Assembly: GCF_009914755.1 (NCBI RefSeq)
Contig: NC_060929.1
Reading direction: 5' to 3' (one strand)
Source: the human T2T-CHM13v2.0 reference genome, Homo sapiens
Length of the DNA stretch: 64,000 nucleotides
Shown: one piece after another, positions 1-14,749 of the stretch
How positions within the stretch are numbered: the stretch's first letter is position 1
Layout of the letters: the number at the start of each line of letters is the position of its first letter
Notes under the pieces: model-generated
Seen by the model: only the letters and a program-made list of their open reading frames with translations
The model's database searches: none
What the model was told of the DNA's origin: nothing
Translations under genes and position numbers: made by a program

Positions 1-390
1 CAGGGGGTATTGAAAAGTGTTTTCAGGTAAAAGGTCGTCTGAATGCGTGGTTAACGTAACAGAAGATACCAAGCCAGGCTTTTATTTTGCTTTTCATTTT
101 ACACACCATATATCACATCAAGTGAAAAAAAAAAATTCTTTTCCAAAAAGATTTGTATTTCAGTATGTTTAAAACCTTTCACCTTTTAAGGTAAGTAATA
201 AATAAAAGTTACGTGCACCCTAGAAGCTGCCTGCCTCAGATGTGTGACGATCTTTCATGCCCCATGATCTACTTTATAGCTTTAAACTGAACCATGAGTT
301 GAACTCCCCAAATTCCTCAAAAAATGGTCAGGACCCTTTCTGCTTGTTGGGTAGAGAAAGAGCACTTAAACAGCTGCTCCTGATTTTTAA

Positions 391-702
<312 letters not shown>

Positions 703-1039
703 TAAGATCATACATTTAATGGTACATGGCTATATTCCAACATGACTCTGTAAGAATGTAGGTGCTACTGCTGTGGTCCTTCTCGTTTTGTGATTCATAT
801 TCTGAAAAGAAAAAATTCATACTCTACAAAAATTTCTAAACCTATGGTTTAGACCATATTTCGTACTCTAAACAAGAGAAAACTAAGATACATATGTTCA
901 TAACATGTCCGGCATCTGCTGTTTTCAAGATTTTCCTTAAACCCACATCCTCCAAGCACTTTCTTATTCTTTTTTGCATATTGCCACTAACTCAAGGATG
1001 TTTTTTCAAACTTTTTATACCATGTATAAAAAATATTCA

Positions 1040-1540
1040 GTAAACAACAGCCAAAAGGTAGAAGCAACCCATGTGTCTGCCAATAAATGAACAGATACAA
1101 AAAATGTGGCACATCCATACAACGGAATTATTCAGCCCTGAAAGGGATGGAAATTCAGACCCTTGCTACAACATGGATGAACCCTTAAGACATTATGCTA
1201 AGTGAATTATGACAGTCACAAAAAGATAAACACTGTGCGAGTCCACTTGTATGAGGTATCCAGAATACTCAAATTGATAGAGAAAGTGGAAATGTACAAT
1301 TCCACTTATATGAGGATCCAGAATAATCAAATTGACAGAAAGTGGAAGGGTGGTTGCCAGGGGCTGGAGATGGGGGAAATGGGGAGCTGTTGTTTAATGA
1401 GTATGGATTCAGTTCTGCAAGAGGAGAAGAGTTCTGGAGATTGCTGCAGGGTAACGTAAATATACTTAACGCTATCGAACTGTGCATTAACAACGGCTGT
1501 GATACATTTTGTTCATGCATTTTACCAAAATAAAATTTTT
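1040..1540 (+). mobile_element. Old L1 (L1MB-like) 3' end fragment
   Basis: Characteristic L1M 3' sequence: caacatggatgaaccctt...attatgctaagtgaa...ggttgccaggggctgg...tttaatgagtatgg. Confidence 0.85.
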
Positions 1541-1568
1541 TTTTTAGTTTAATAAAGAAAAAAATAGG

Positions 1569-1880
<312 letters not shown>

Positions 1881-2027
1881 TTAAAAAAAATAAGTAATGC
1901 TGGGAATTATGGTGTTGTATAGAATACATTAATCTCTAAGTATAAAGAGAGATTAAAAACAAGCACAGACTTGAGAGGAAATAACAAGAAACATTATGCT
2001 CCTTAACTTTAAATAAAAAGTTTTAGA

Positions 2028-2632
2028 GGTTGGGTGTGGTGGCTCACGCCTGTTATCCCAACACTTTGGGAGGATCACTTGAGCCCAGGAGTTCAAGACC
2101 GGCCTGGGCAACACAGTGAGATCCTCTCTCTCAAAAAAAAAAAAAAAATTTACCCATGTGTGGTAGCACATGCCTGTATTCCCAGCCACTAGGGAGGCTG
2201 AGGTGGGAGGATGGCTTGAGCCCAGGAGGTCAAGGCTTCAGTGAGCCGTGATTGCATCACTGCACTCCAGCCTTGGTAACAAAGTGGAAACCTTGTCTCT
2301 TTAAAAAAATTTAAAAAAAAAATTAAATTTAAAAAAAGGCCAGGCCTGATGGCTCATGCCCGTAATCCCAGCAGTTTGGGAGGCCGAGGCGGGAGGATCA
2401 CTTGAGTCCAGGAGTTAACCAGCCTGGGCACTAATGTCAAAACCCTGTCTCTACAAAAAATACATTAAAAAGTTAGCCAGGTATGATGGTGCACACATGT
2501 GGTCTCAGCTACTCAGGAGGCTGAGGTGGGAGGATCACCTGAGCCCAGGAGGCAGAGGTTGCATTGAACCAAGATTGTGCCACCGCACTCCAGCCTGACA
2601 GAGTGAGACCCTATCTCAAAAGAAAAAAAAAA
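2028..2632 (+). mobile_element. Two tandem AluJ elements (2028-2337 with an internal deletion; 2338-2632)
   Basis: J-type ttgagcccaggag motifs and two A-tails. Confidence 0.88.
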
Positions 2633-3784
2633 GTTTCAGCATACACACCTTCAAATTTGAACCCAAATTAAATAAAAATGTTCTGGTGACAAGCTATAGA
2701 CTATTCAGGAAGAGAGAACAAAAGGCACTGATATTTTCAGGGAGACAGTAATGTCAGAGTTTAAATAATTAATAAAGATATTATGTTGTGGCTGGCGGTA
2801 AATTCAGCAAATGAACTCCCACAAACCAACAGGAACATCAAACGACCAGATTTAATTGGAACCAAAACTCAATAATCTGAAATCTCTTCCTTGAAAAGCA
2901 AAAAAGGAAAGAATATGTAAAATGTGTGTCTGGCTGGTACAAAGAAAGAACCTGATTTCTTAAGATTATAGAAAATTTTGCCTCATTGTATAAAAATTAC
3001 TCAGTAGACAACAGCCCAATATTACTTACTTATTAATAATTCAAAGGCCTCCCTTAGACTACCTACCTCCATTTAGTACCTATGGCCAAAAGGATTGTTT
3101 ACACATTCGCACACCCACTCATTTGCTCTTCCATAACCCTGTGATGGGCAGCAGAGGTCACTGCTCCTGCCTCTTCTGACAGGTAATGGAACCGGCAAGG
3201 GGACAATAAGATATTGTCCCTACGGTCACGGAGCCCGTGAGTCAGAGTGAAGGCAGGAACCCTGGATTTTTGAGAATGTGCCACACTGTGGATCTACAGC
3301 GAATGCCTTCTCCATCACCCATCCACCCACAGGGCTCTGTCAGCCTCATCACCTCATCACCTCATCACCATGGCTGACGTCTCCTTGTCCCGTGTGTTCC
3401 ACTTTTCATTAACTCCAGGGCGACCCACCCACTCCCTTCATCTGTGCTGTCCTGGTCTGCTCAGGGCCTCACCTTGCATTGACTAACTTCCACAAAGGCT
3501 CCTTCCTCTGAGATTTCCCTCGGGGTCTTTACCCCCTTAATCCAATCACCAAAAGGTGATACAGCAGCCCAAGCCCTAATGAAGTATTTTCGTAACAGGT
3601 CACCAAAGGGAGTGGGGGAAGGGCTTCAGCTCACAGAAGGACTTCACTTACTACTGGGTTTTTACTGTTTGTGTCCATGCACATGACAAATGGCACTTCT
3701 GAACCTGCTAAAACAGGGATGTAAAATAACACCGGCAACCATAGTCATAGTTCCCAATCGTTTATTTCAAGAAAGACAAATTAT

Positions 3785-4112
3785 GGTCGCGCGCAGAGGC
3801 TCCGGCCTGTAATCCCAGCACTTTGGGAAGCTGAGGCAGGAGGATCACCTGAGGTCAGGAGTTCGAGACCAGCCAAGGCAGGAGGATGGCTTGAGCCCAG
3901 GAGTTTGAGACCAGCCTGGGCAATGTGGCGAAACCCCATCTCTACTAAAAATACGAAAATTAGCTGGGTGTGGTAGTGCATGCCTGTAGTCCCAGCTACT
4001 CGGCAGGCTGAGGTGGGAGGATCACCTGAGCCTGGGGAGGTCAAGGCTGTAGTGAGCCATGACCACTGCACTCCAGCCTGGGTAATACAGTGAGACCCCA
4101 CCTCAAAAAAAA
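3785..4112 (+). mobile_element. Chimeric Alu (AluS-type 5' segment joined to an AluJ body, B-box segment present twice)
   Basis: 3833-3874 and 3875-3916 are two versions of the same 42-nt left-arm segment. Confidence 0.85.
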
Positions 4113-4374
4113 TTATTTGAAATGTCAAGCATTCTTTGGCAAAAATAATTACAGTCAAGGACATCTTATCTCCCCCATCTTAAACTTACCACCCCACTCT
4201 TCAATTTGCATGGATGACTTTGTCACTGAAGTATAGGCTACATGTGTAAGAGGTTCACTGAGTAATAAGAAAAGTTCAACATGTAACGTGAGTAAAAATG
4301 GCAGCTGGAGGTGGGGAAAGAGCTAGCTTGTTAAGTGTCAAGTGAAGCAAAGATAAAGTGTGGTAAGAAATTCT

Positions 4375-4702
<328 letters not shown>

Positions 4703-5244
4703 CTATGAGACAACATTTGCCATGGGCTCACGTCATTTCTCACTCTATGAAAAGATATTGTTACCGCTCCACAAACGGCCATGATGATGCCATGCAGTTT
4801 AAGACTGTGGACACATGCAGCTCCCAAACACGAGGTGGGGCCACGTACCGGTTTCCTCATGTTGGATTTCAAATTCCACAAGAATAAATAAGCTGGTCGG
4901 TTTAATGGCTTTTCAGAAATAGGAAGTACATTCTATTTTGAAGCACATAAAAACATTTTCTTGTCAGAAAAGTTCCACATAACTCACCCCCAAAATACAT
5001 TCCCTTGCCCATTTTAATAATTTGGAACAGCTGCAGCACAAATTGCTTAAAAATGTTGGAGAAGCTCACTTCATCTCTTCAATCTAAAATCTACCAAGTC
5101 AAGGTTTTCAAAAGGCCTAAGGGTATAACACCTAGTGTCAAATTTCACACCCCCAAAAAATCAAGTATCATTTGACTTCAGCATGCATATGTATATCAAA
5201 ATATCATGTTGTGTATCTTAAATACAGCCAATAATTTTTTTTTA

Positions 5245-5856
<612 letters not shown>

Positions 5857-6299
5857 TCAAGTATAACTGAGAAAACTTAAAGTGACTCAGTGGCCTCATA
5901 CAGGATGCTTATAGAGACCAAGGGACCCAGGTTGGATATCACAATCCCAATGCAGAAATAACTCATCTAAACAGCATGGTTTGGTCAAGTCAGAAGACAC
6001 CAAGTCCACAGCCCTGAAGAACCTCCCCTGGCACTGCTTCACTCCCCCGGGACTAAGATTCTGATCAGTAACAACAAGGGATCCTCTGTTACCCCACATG
6101 ACCGCTATGTGCTACAGAAATCAGAGGTATGTATCATCGCTATTGTTAATGAAAATAAAACCACAATGCTTTTCGTCATGTAGTCCTGAAAAGCTGGATG
6201 TAGAAGATACAATTTGAAATGCACTGGGGAAATGGGTTATTTAAAGTCTGTGCTATGGCAGCTAAAGGGAAGAGTTGTTAAGAAGTGAGATCCATTATC

Positions 6300-7250
6300 C
6301 AGATTTATTTCGTACTCACCATCCCCCCGTTTCCTTCTCTCTCAAACACCTCGGCTAAATACGGCAGTGACTTACTTCCTAAATCTTTATCTTGAGTGCA
6401 ACTTCAGCTGTAAGTTACAGATCCATATGTTCAGTGGTCCACTGGCTCAAGCTCAACAGACATGGCTAACCTCCCCCAAACACCTGTTACTTCACACATA
6501 GTGACAACTTGACAAATGGCACCACAGCCTACCCAAATGAGTAATCCAGTAATCCTACAGAAATTCAGCTTACTTGGCCCCCAAACCCAGTTAAACACTT
6601 AGCATCTACCTCTCGGTATCTCACACAGTAACCCCTCCTAACTGGAAGCCCCTCCTTTCTCATCCACCACCCTGTGACCAAGTGACGCTTCCCCAAAACG
6701 CATGCTTAAAGTTATCCCCTACAGCTTTCATGAGTCCGTTCAAGCTCACTGAGTTGCACAGAGCCATTCCTTCCTCCATTGCTCTCGACCGCCTTGCCAG
6801 CCAGCAGCATGCAACCTTTGTTCTGGCATCTAGAATGTCCTGCGTTGGATATTAAATAACAATGCATCACAATATTTCCGTCTTTCCACATGATGATCTG
6901 CTGCCAGGACAGCTATCCTCCTTCTTGGCCAAATTCCTCTACATATGCTCAAAACTCAGGCCAACTATTAATAGCACCTCAGTGAGGAATCATTTTCTGA
7001 CCCTCTCATCCCCTCCTCATTGTGACGCTCCTTCTTTGTGTTCCCATGTATTTTTATCACACCCATTGTCACCCTGAGCTATTGTTCATCGTTTGCCTGT
7101 GTCTGTCTTCACTAATCAATTAGGGACCTTTCATTTACTCAGTCTTTCAACAAGCCATTCCTGTAAGCCAGAGTCATTCTGCATCCCTGGAGCCTAACAC
7201 AGAGCCTGGTACCCAGGCAGGGCGGCATCAGCATCGATATGCTGAGGACA
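6300..7250 (+). mobile_element. Degenerate L2 3' region
   Basis: L2-like motifs (caaatggcaccac; atccctggagcctaacacagagcctggtac); boundaries approximate. Confidence 0.55.
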
Positions 7251-7375
7251 CATGATTTCACCACCAATCCACCAAATAAATTCATGTTTTAACTGTCTTC
7301 TAGTGCTTTATGCCCACTATCTTCTACATAACCCAATTGTCTGATGTTGTCCAATTAAACAATTAGAAACATTTC

Positions 7376-7690
7376 AGCCACGTGTAGTGACTCATGCCTG
7401 TAATCCCAGCACTTTAGGAAGCCCAGGTGGGAGGATCGCTTGAGGCCAGAAATTTGAGACCAACCTGAGCAACACGACAAGCCTCCATCTCTACAAAAAA
7501 TTTTAAAAATACAAAAAATTAGCTGGCTGTGGTGGCACGCACCCATAGTCGCAGCTACTTGGGAAGCTGAGGTAGGAGGACTGCTTGAGCCCAGGAGTTG
7601 GAGGCTGTGGTGAGCTATGATCGCACCACTACACTCCAGCCTGGGCAAAAGAGTGAGGTCTAAATAATAATAAATAAAAATAAAAAATAA
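7376..7690 (+). mobile_element. AluJ
   Basis: Diverged dimer; TSD ttagaaaca. Confidence 0.88.
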
Positions 7691-7865
7691 ACACTTAGAA
7701 ACAATTTTTTAAAAATCGTGAAGCATTCAAGTTTGTTGAAAATTAAACCATCTCAAGAGACAAGCTGTTAACTGAAGTCAAGGTCTTCAAGGTAGAGGCT
7801 GGCATTTCCATTTCACCTGAGTGACTTTCTGACTAAAATTCTCTCCTGATTGAAAGGAATGTATC

Positions 7866-8164
<299 letters not shown>

Positions 8165-9705
8165 TTGAAAGGAATCTAAACCCAAAGAGAGACAAGGAAG
8201 AAAAAAAAAAATCACAAAAAAACAAGTTTCAAATTGCCACTCTCATGTGCTGATGTGGAAGCGGCCACTCCGGAGCATAAATGTTTGGTAAAGTTTTAAA
8301 ATACATATAGTCAGACAGATGGTTACAATCATCTTTTGGCTACGAGTCTTGATTTCATGTGGAAAAAAAAAAAAGCCAAAAAAACCCAGAAAGTCCTGAC
8401 TGTGTTCATCTGCCCCAAGTGTGTTCAAACTGCACTGCGTTCATCTGTCCCAAGGGCACCCCAATGCCAAGGCAGTGCTAACCAACCAACCACGCGGCCT
8501 TCAGGCCACGCTGCCTCCGTGAGAGGCGCGCTGTGACTTGACTCGAGCCTTGGAAAGGGATGTAAACAAGCCAACCAAGTCTACCTTGGGAAGACTCAAC
8601 TCAAGAAAATGAAACACAGATTTCAATTTGCAAGATTCCCAAACAGTCCAGTCCACGGCAGGGTATGCCCAGCCTTCACATGGCAAGCAGGCCGTGACTT
8701 CCCTGCAGGTGAACTCTGTTCAACCGGCTGCTAAAATCAATAGGCCTTTCTCTGGCTGATGCCTGCTAACACATTTTGCCTGACAGATGCAGGCTTCAAA
8801 GTTAATTCAGAAGCAACATCAAACACATTTGCAGATTTGGGCTGGAATGCCACCTAACCAAAGGAGGATATTTTTGAAACATCTAAAAATACATTAGCTG
8901 TGAAGCATAGTTCGTGCTTACTGAAGCATTTATCTTTAGAAACAGCCCCATTTCTTAAAATTGGCTCCTTTGATTCTGATCTCTGTGCTGTTTGTTCGGC
9001 AAGACAAACAAACTAACCAAAAGGCTGGGTGGAACAGGGAAGAGCTTCCTCTGGAGCCAGCCTCAACACCATAATTGCAGGCGACCGCTGAAGTTCCCTG
9101 CAGCTCTCCCCGTGATGTGGTTTTGAGCCATTCCTTAGAGACTGGGAGAGGAGTCTCCTCTGCGCAACTGACCCAGAGCTCCACAATCCCTGTAATGAAG
9201 AGAATGTGCTTCTCTTCCATTCAGCAGGAAACAAAACTGCCACGCCTCGGAACCTGGCAGCCCTTCCACTCTGGCCACTGAGCTTGCCTTCGGTGCAACA
9301 GAAACCTCTCCTGCTCTTGTCAACACTGTGCTTAGATGCTGGGTACATAATAATTTGAGATGATCCAGGGCCAGAGAGCACAGGAAGACAGAAAACAGGC
9401 ACCTAAAAAACACTTGTTCTCACTCTGCTCAGGAGCTTCCAGGACGGTGCCACGTTTTCACAGCCACAGCACTTGACAAGACCGGGAGACAGTGACATGG
9501 AGCCTCTTCCATCACCTCCCTCCCTACAGTCCCCATGACTTTTCTCCCATCTCTACCCTGGTCTAAAACCCTCAGCCCTCCCCTACTGAATTACTGCAAC
9601 ACGCCCTCAGCCCATCTGTCCTTTCTCATCTCAGCCATATCACTTCCCTCTTAAATCTTCTGAAATTTTTCTTAGAGAAATTCTCCTTTCAGAAACCTTT
9701 AAACA

Positions 9706-10293
<588 letters not shown>

Positions 10294-10371
10294 TTAACAA
10301 ATATAGTGGGGTCTGTGTACCATCAGCCCCAAACTTTCCAGGTGAGCTGATGGTAAGTGGGGGAGGGATGT

Positions 10372-10566
10372 TCTGGCACCACTGACATCTTAGGCCAGAT
10401 GACTCTGGGGCTGCCCCAGGCACTCCGGGATGTTTCTCAGCATCCCTGGCCTCTACTCAGTAAATGCCAGTAGCGTCGCTTGACCGTAGCTATGAGACCA
10501 AAAATGTCTTTTAGATATTACAAAATGTCCCCACGGCAGAATCATCCTAGGTGGGGAACCAATGGT
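10372..10566 (+). mobile_element. MER20 (hAT-Charlie DNA transposon)
   Basis: ggcaccactgacat...cagcatccctggcctctac...aaaaatgtct...gaaccaatg resembles the MER20 consensus. Confidence 0.8.
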
Positions 10567-10738
10567 TTAAGGCTTCTAACCTCAGGCTGCCCATCCCACC
10601 TAATTTCTGCACATTCCCCAGCCAGCATCTGATTCCATGAGCAAAGACAGCCTTCTCCCGCTGCGATGAGGCCGCATCAAGCTCACTCTCAGCTCTCCAT
10701 CTTCATGTATGGTGTTCACTGGCCTTTCCTTCTCATCA

Positions 10739-11045
10739 GTTCTTTTCTTTTTCTCTTTTGTTGAGACAGGGTCTTGCTCTGTTGCCCAGGCTGGAGTACA
10801 GTGACACAATCTCGGCTCACTGCTGCCTCAACCTCCCCGGCTCAGGCAATCCTCCCACCCCAGCTTCCTGAGTAGAAGGGACTACAGGGGCACGCCACCA
10901 CGGCTGGCTAATTTTTGCAATCTTTTGTAGAGATGGGACTTCGCCAAATTGCCCAGGCTTGTCTTGAACTCATGGGCTCAAGCGATCCTCCCGCCTCAGC
11001 CTCCCAAAGAGCTGGGATTACAAGCATGAGCCACCATGCCAGGCT
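10739..11045 (-). mobile_element. AluJ
   Basis: Reverse-complement Alu with J motifs. Confidence 0.88.
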
Positions 11046-12432
11046 TTCTACTCAACCCTGATTGATCTCATGCCTTTGTAGCGTCACCACCACCACCACC
11101 TCCATAGGGCTTCCTGAGCCACACATAGGTTATGTCTCTGTACCACAAACACATACCCTGCTCCTCCTCTCCTTAGCGGGTATTTGCCCTTGCCAGGTCT
11201 TAGCAGGCGGTGACAGGAGATGAAGAAGTCTAGGCCCTCATCAGACCCATTCCAAGGAAGGGGACAATCAGGAGAGAGCCAACCCCCTCTCCTCAAGGCA
11301 GCAAACCCATAGCCAAGAGGTTCAGGGTGGAAACCTGGGGCCCCTGGCTGGGAACTGGGAGCAGAGCAGGGCTCTAGTCTTGAAGTGGCCAGAGGAAGGA
11401 TAAGATTGATGAGGGGAAGTCTCAGGCAGGAAGAGCCTGGGGTTCCAGGAAGAGAATCTAACAGGGGCATAGAAGGCCGGGCTTCTGCACAGGCAGTTAC
11501 AGCCAGCGCAGAGGGGCTCTAACCCAGGCACTGCAGCTTAAACCACGCAGTCCAGACCTATGGACACTGGCATCAAACTCGGTACGGCCTCTGTCCCCTC
11601 AGCGACAAGCCTGGGACAGGAATGCACCCACAGGAATAGCTAAAGGGCCCAGCGGTAAGGTTCAGGGGCTTCATAAGCACACTCAAACCCAAGCCTGTGT
11701 CATCATCACATAACCCTCAATGACAGGACTTCAGCTATCCAAGGCCATGTGCTGTGAGCTGGCCTTGGTGTTATCTCCCCACTAAATTGCAAGCTTTGAG
11801 GCTAGGGATGATGCTGTAAACTTCTTCCAAATCCCCCTTAAAATGGAGCCAAGTTCGAGGCAGGAACTTTCTAAATAAACACTTGTTGCTATGAGATGGC
11901 TAAGATGGAGACAAAGGTACAAAGGTTAAAGTTCCCAGAGCTTTCACTTCTTTTACTTTAAAACATCCCTGTTAAGAGGGATTATGATATCTGACCTTTG
12001 AAAACACGTTTATTTTAAAAACTGGTGTTCAGAAAGATTCAATTATCAATACGGAGCCAAAGAGGAGGTTAGTGAAGAAAAGGGAAGATCAACTCTAACT
12101 TGACTATTCTGGGTGCTTTTATTTTTTTTTTTTTTTTATCACTTTCTACCCCATTTCAATAGAAGATGCCAAAAGCTACAATAAAAAAATATTTTCCTGG
12201 TTTCTGACAAAGTTCTCAGATAAAAAGACCAGTCCCCAAGGAGAAAAAGCTAACATTACTCCTTAGCAAAGAATGGCAGCCTCTCTACCTGGCGATGAGC
12301 CACTTGCCAGCAACCCATGGAACCTGACAGCTCAGAACAGAAAGTCAACAAATAATGAAACATCCAGACGCCAGCAGGGGGAAAATGCCACAGGAGTCCC
12401 TCCTCAATGATATGACTCAAAGGAGAGTACCT

Positions 12433-12779
12433 GGCTGGATGCGGAGGCTCATGCCTGTCATCCCAACACGTTGGAAGGCCCAGGAGGGAGGATCACTTGA
12501 GCCCAGGAGTTCAAGACCAGCCTGTGCAACATAGCAATGTTTTATAAATTTAAAAAAATTAAAAAAACTTAAAAATTAACCAAGTGCAGTGGCTCACACC
12601 TATAGTCCTATATATTATATACTGTAGTACTATATATATACTCAGGCGAGAGGATCACTGGAGCCCAGGAGTGAGTTAGAGGCTGCAGGGAACAGCGATC
12701 ATGTCACTGCATTCCAGCCCAGGAGACAAAGTGAGACCCTGGCTCTAAAAAAAAAAAAAAACCAACAACAACAAAAAAA
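12433..12779 (+). mobile_element. AluJ with an internal TA-rich insertion
   Basis: Alu dimer; 12609-12640 is TA-rich. Confidence 0.8.
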
Positions 12780-12789
12780 GGAGGACACG

Positions 12790-13705
12790 TATGGTGGGCA
12801 GAATAATGGCTCCTCCCGCAAAGACATCCATCCACACTCATCCCAGAGCCTGTGACTAGATAATGTCACATGGCAAAGGGGCTCTGCACAGGTGATTATG
12901 GTTATGAAGCCTGAGATGGGGAGATCATCCAGGGAGGCCCAATCTAATCATGTGAGGCCTTAAAAGCAGACAGCCTTTCTTGGCTGCAGTCAGAGAGAGA
13001 GAAAGAAGACAGTGGAGGAGAAGGAGGAAAGATTTGAAGCCATGAGAGGGAAACAATACATGGTTACTGGCACTGAAGATGAAGAAAGGGAGCCACAGAT
13101 CAGGAGACCAGGGAATGTGAGCGGCCTCTAGAAGCTGGGAACAGCCCTCAGGTGACAGTCAGCAAGAAAACAAGGACCTCAGTCCTCCAACTGCAAGTAA
13201 CTGAATTCAGCCAACGACACAATGAGCAGGAAACGGATCCTCCTCTAGAGCATCTGGAAACAGACGCAGCCCTGCTGACCCTTTGATTTCTGCTGGTGAG
13301 ACTTATGGGACTTTCAACCTACAGAACTGTAATCTTCATTTATTTATTTTTTCCTGAGACGGAGTCTCGCTCTGTCACCCAGGCTGGAGGGCAGTGCGCG
13401 ATCTCGGCTCACTGCAAGCTCCGCCTCCCGGGTTCACGCCATTTTCCTGCCTCAGCCTCCCGAGTACCTAGGACTACAGGCGCCCGCCACCACACCCGGC
13501 TAATTTTTTTGTACTTTTTTTTTTAGTGGAGACGGGGTTTCACCATGTTAGCCAGGATGGTCTCGATCTCCTGACCTCGTGATCCGCCCGCCTCGGCCTC
13601 CCAAAGTGCTGGGATTACAGGCGTGAGCCACTGTGCCTGGCCGTTTTGTTTTTTTAAGTTGGTACACTTATGGTAACTGGTTATCCAGCAAAAGAAAACT
13701 AATGC
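12790..13705 (+). mobile_element. MaLR solo LTR (MLT1D/MLT1E-like) interrupted by an AluY
   Basis: Begins tatggtgggcagaataatggc, contains ggcctctagaagctgg and gaattcagccaac, ends gcaaaagaaaactaatgca. Confidence 0.8.
13339..13642 (-). mobile_element. AluY
   Basis: CpG-rich; Y diagnostics (gcaagctcc, ttcacgccatt, ttagccaggatgg). Confidence 0.92.
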
Positions 13706-13737
13706 AACATCTCTGGAACAATTCAAGTCATTTTATT
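13690..13737 (-). terminator. Candidate intronic polyadenylation signal (AATAAA plus downstream GU/U-rich element)
   Basis: Minus strand reads AATAAA (13737-13732), then TGTTCCAGAGATGTTGCATTAGTTTTCTTTTG about 12-45 nt downstream. Confidence 0.5.
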
Positions 13738-14241
13738 TTTTTTCTCTTTTAAAGATATAGACAGGCATTGCTCCGAGCCAGGATCAAATGTGGAGAAGCA
13801 GTGGCTGTTCTGACAGGTGGCGGTCTTGTCTCGATGTGAGCGGAGTCCAACAGACGCTGACATCTCCGGTGAATGGCTTCAATGATAATTTTAAAAAATC
13901 ATGGTGGCTGCTTTATGGATAATATACAATTTTGCAAGCCTCAAACGGAAGGTCTACAATGGCATAATTAACTGAACTGAACTGCAAATTGGATGCACAA
14001 AAATCCTACGGGTTTCCCCTTAGAAAGGAAGAATATGACCTTATTCCAAGACCAAGATCTTATTCATAGTATGTATTGGCAATTTAGCTGTCAGGTTTAA
14101 CATTATTATCATGAAAAGAGGAAAATAAATAAAAAACTTTTTAAAAGGGTCTGCCTTTTAAACCCTTGTGTAGTTTTTTTTCCTTCTAATTTACTTACTT
14201 TTTCTTGACTATTGAAAATGTACAATAACAACTTGTGTCTA

Positions 14242-14370
14242 GGTGGGCATGCTGGCACGTGCCTGTAATCCCAGGTACTCAGGAGGCTAAGGCAGGAGGA
14301 TCACTTTAGCTCAGGAGTTTGAGTCTAGCCTGGGCAACATAGCAAGACACTATTACAAAAAAAAAACAAA
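14242..14370 (+). mobile_element. FLAM-type Alu monomer
   Basis: Single monomer with A-tail; TSD aacttgtgt. Confidence 0.8.
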
Positions 14371-14415
14371 CTTGTGTTTTTTCTCTAATGACAGCAAAGT
14401 ATGAGTTTCAAAATA

Positions 14416-14651
14416 TAGATTGAGCATCCCTTGTGTGAAATGCCTGGGACACAAAGTGTTGTGGATTTCAATATTTTTTGGATTTTGGAATATTTGCATA
14501 CTATGTACTGGTTAAGCATAATTTAAGTTAAATTCAAAATCCAAAATATTCCCAATGAGCATTTCCTTTCAGCAACACATCAGCATGCAAAATGTCTTGG
14601 ATTTTGAAGCATTGTGGATTTGGAGTTTTTGGATTAGGTATATTCAACCTA
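14416..14651 (-). mobile_element. Tigger4a/MER46A (TcMar-Tigger MITE)
   Basis: Terminal inverted repeats tagattgagcatccc ... ggtatattcaaccta; internal aatgagcatttcctt and repeated ggatttt units. Confidence 0.8.
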
Positions 14652-14658
14652 TCTGCAC
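14644..14658 (-). CDS. MYO10: Coding part (VQIG*) of a putative alternative terminal exon of MYO10 (short ~97-aa isoform)
   Basis: Acceptor TTTTTTATTGGTGTATGTCTCTTGTAG|GTG CAG ATA GGT TGA in phase 0 with the exon 3 donor. First downstream AATAAA on the minus strand is at 13732-13737. I recall a short curated MYO10 isoform ending VQIG but cannot verify it here. Confidence 0.6.
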   Translation of the reverse strand: MQIG

Positions 14659-14749
14659 CTACAAGAGACATACACCAATAAAAAATTTTAAAATCCAGGT
14701 TCACATTTTATCAACTACAAGACTTTGTAATATGAATGGCATTTATTTT

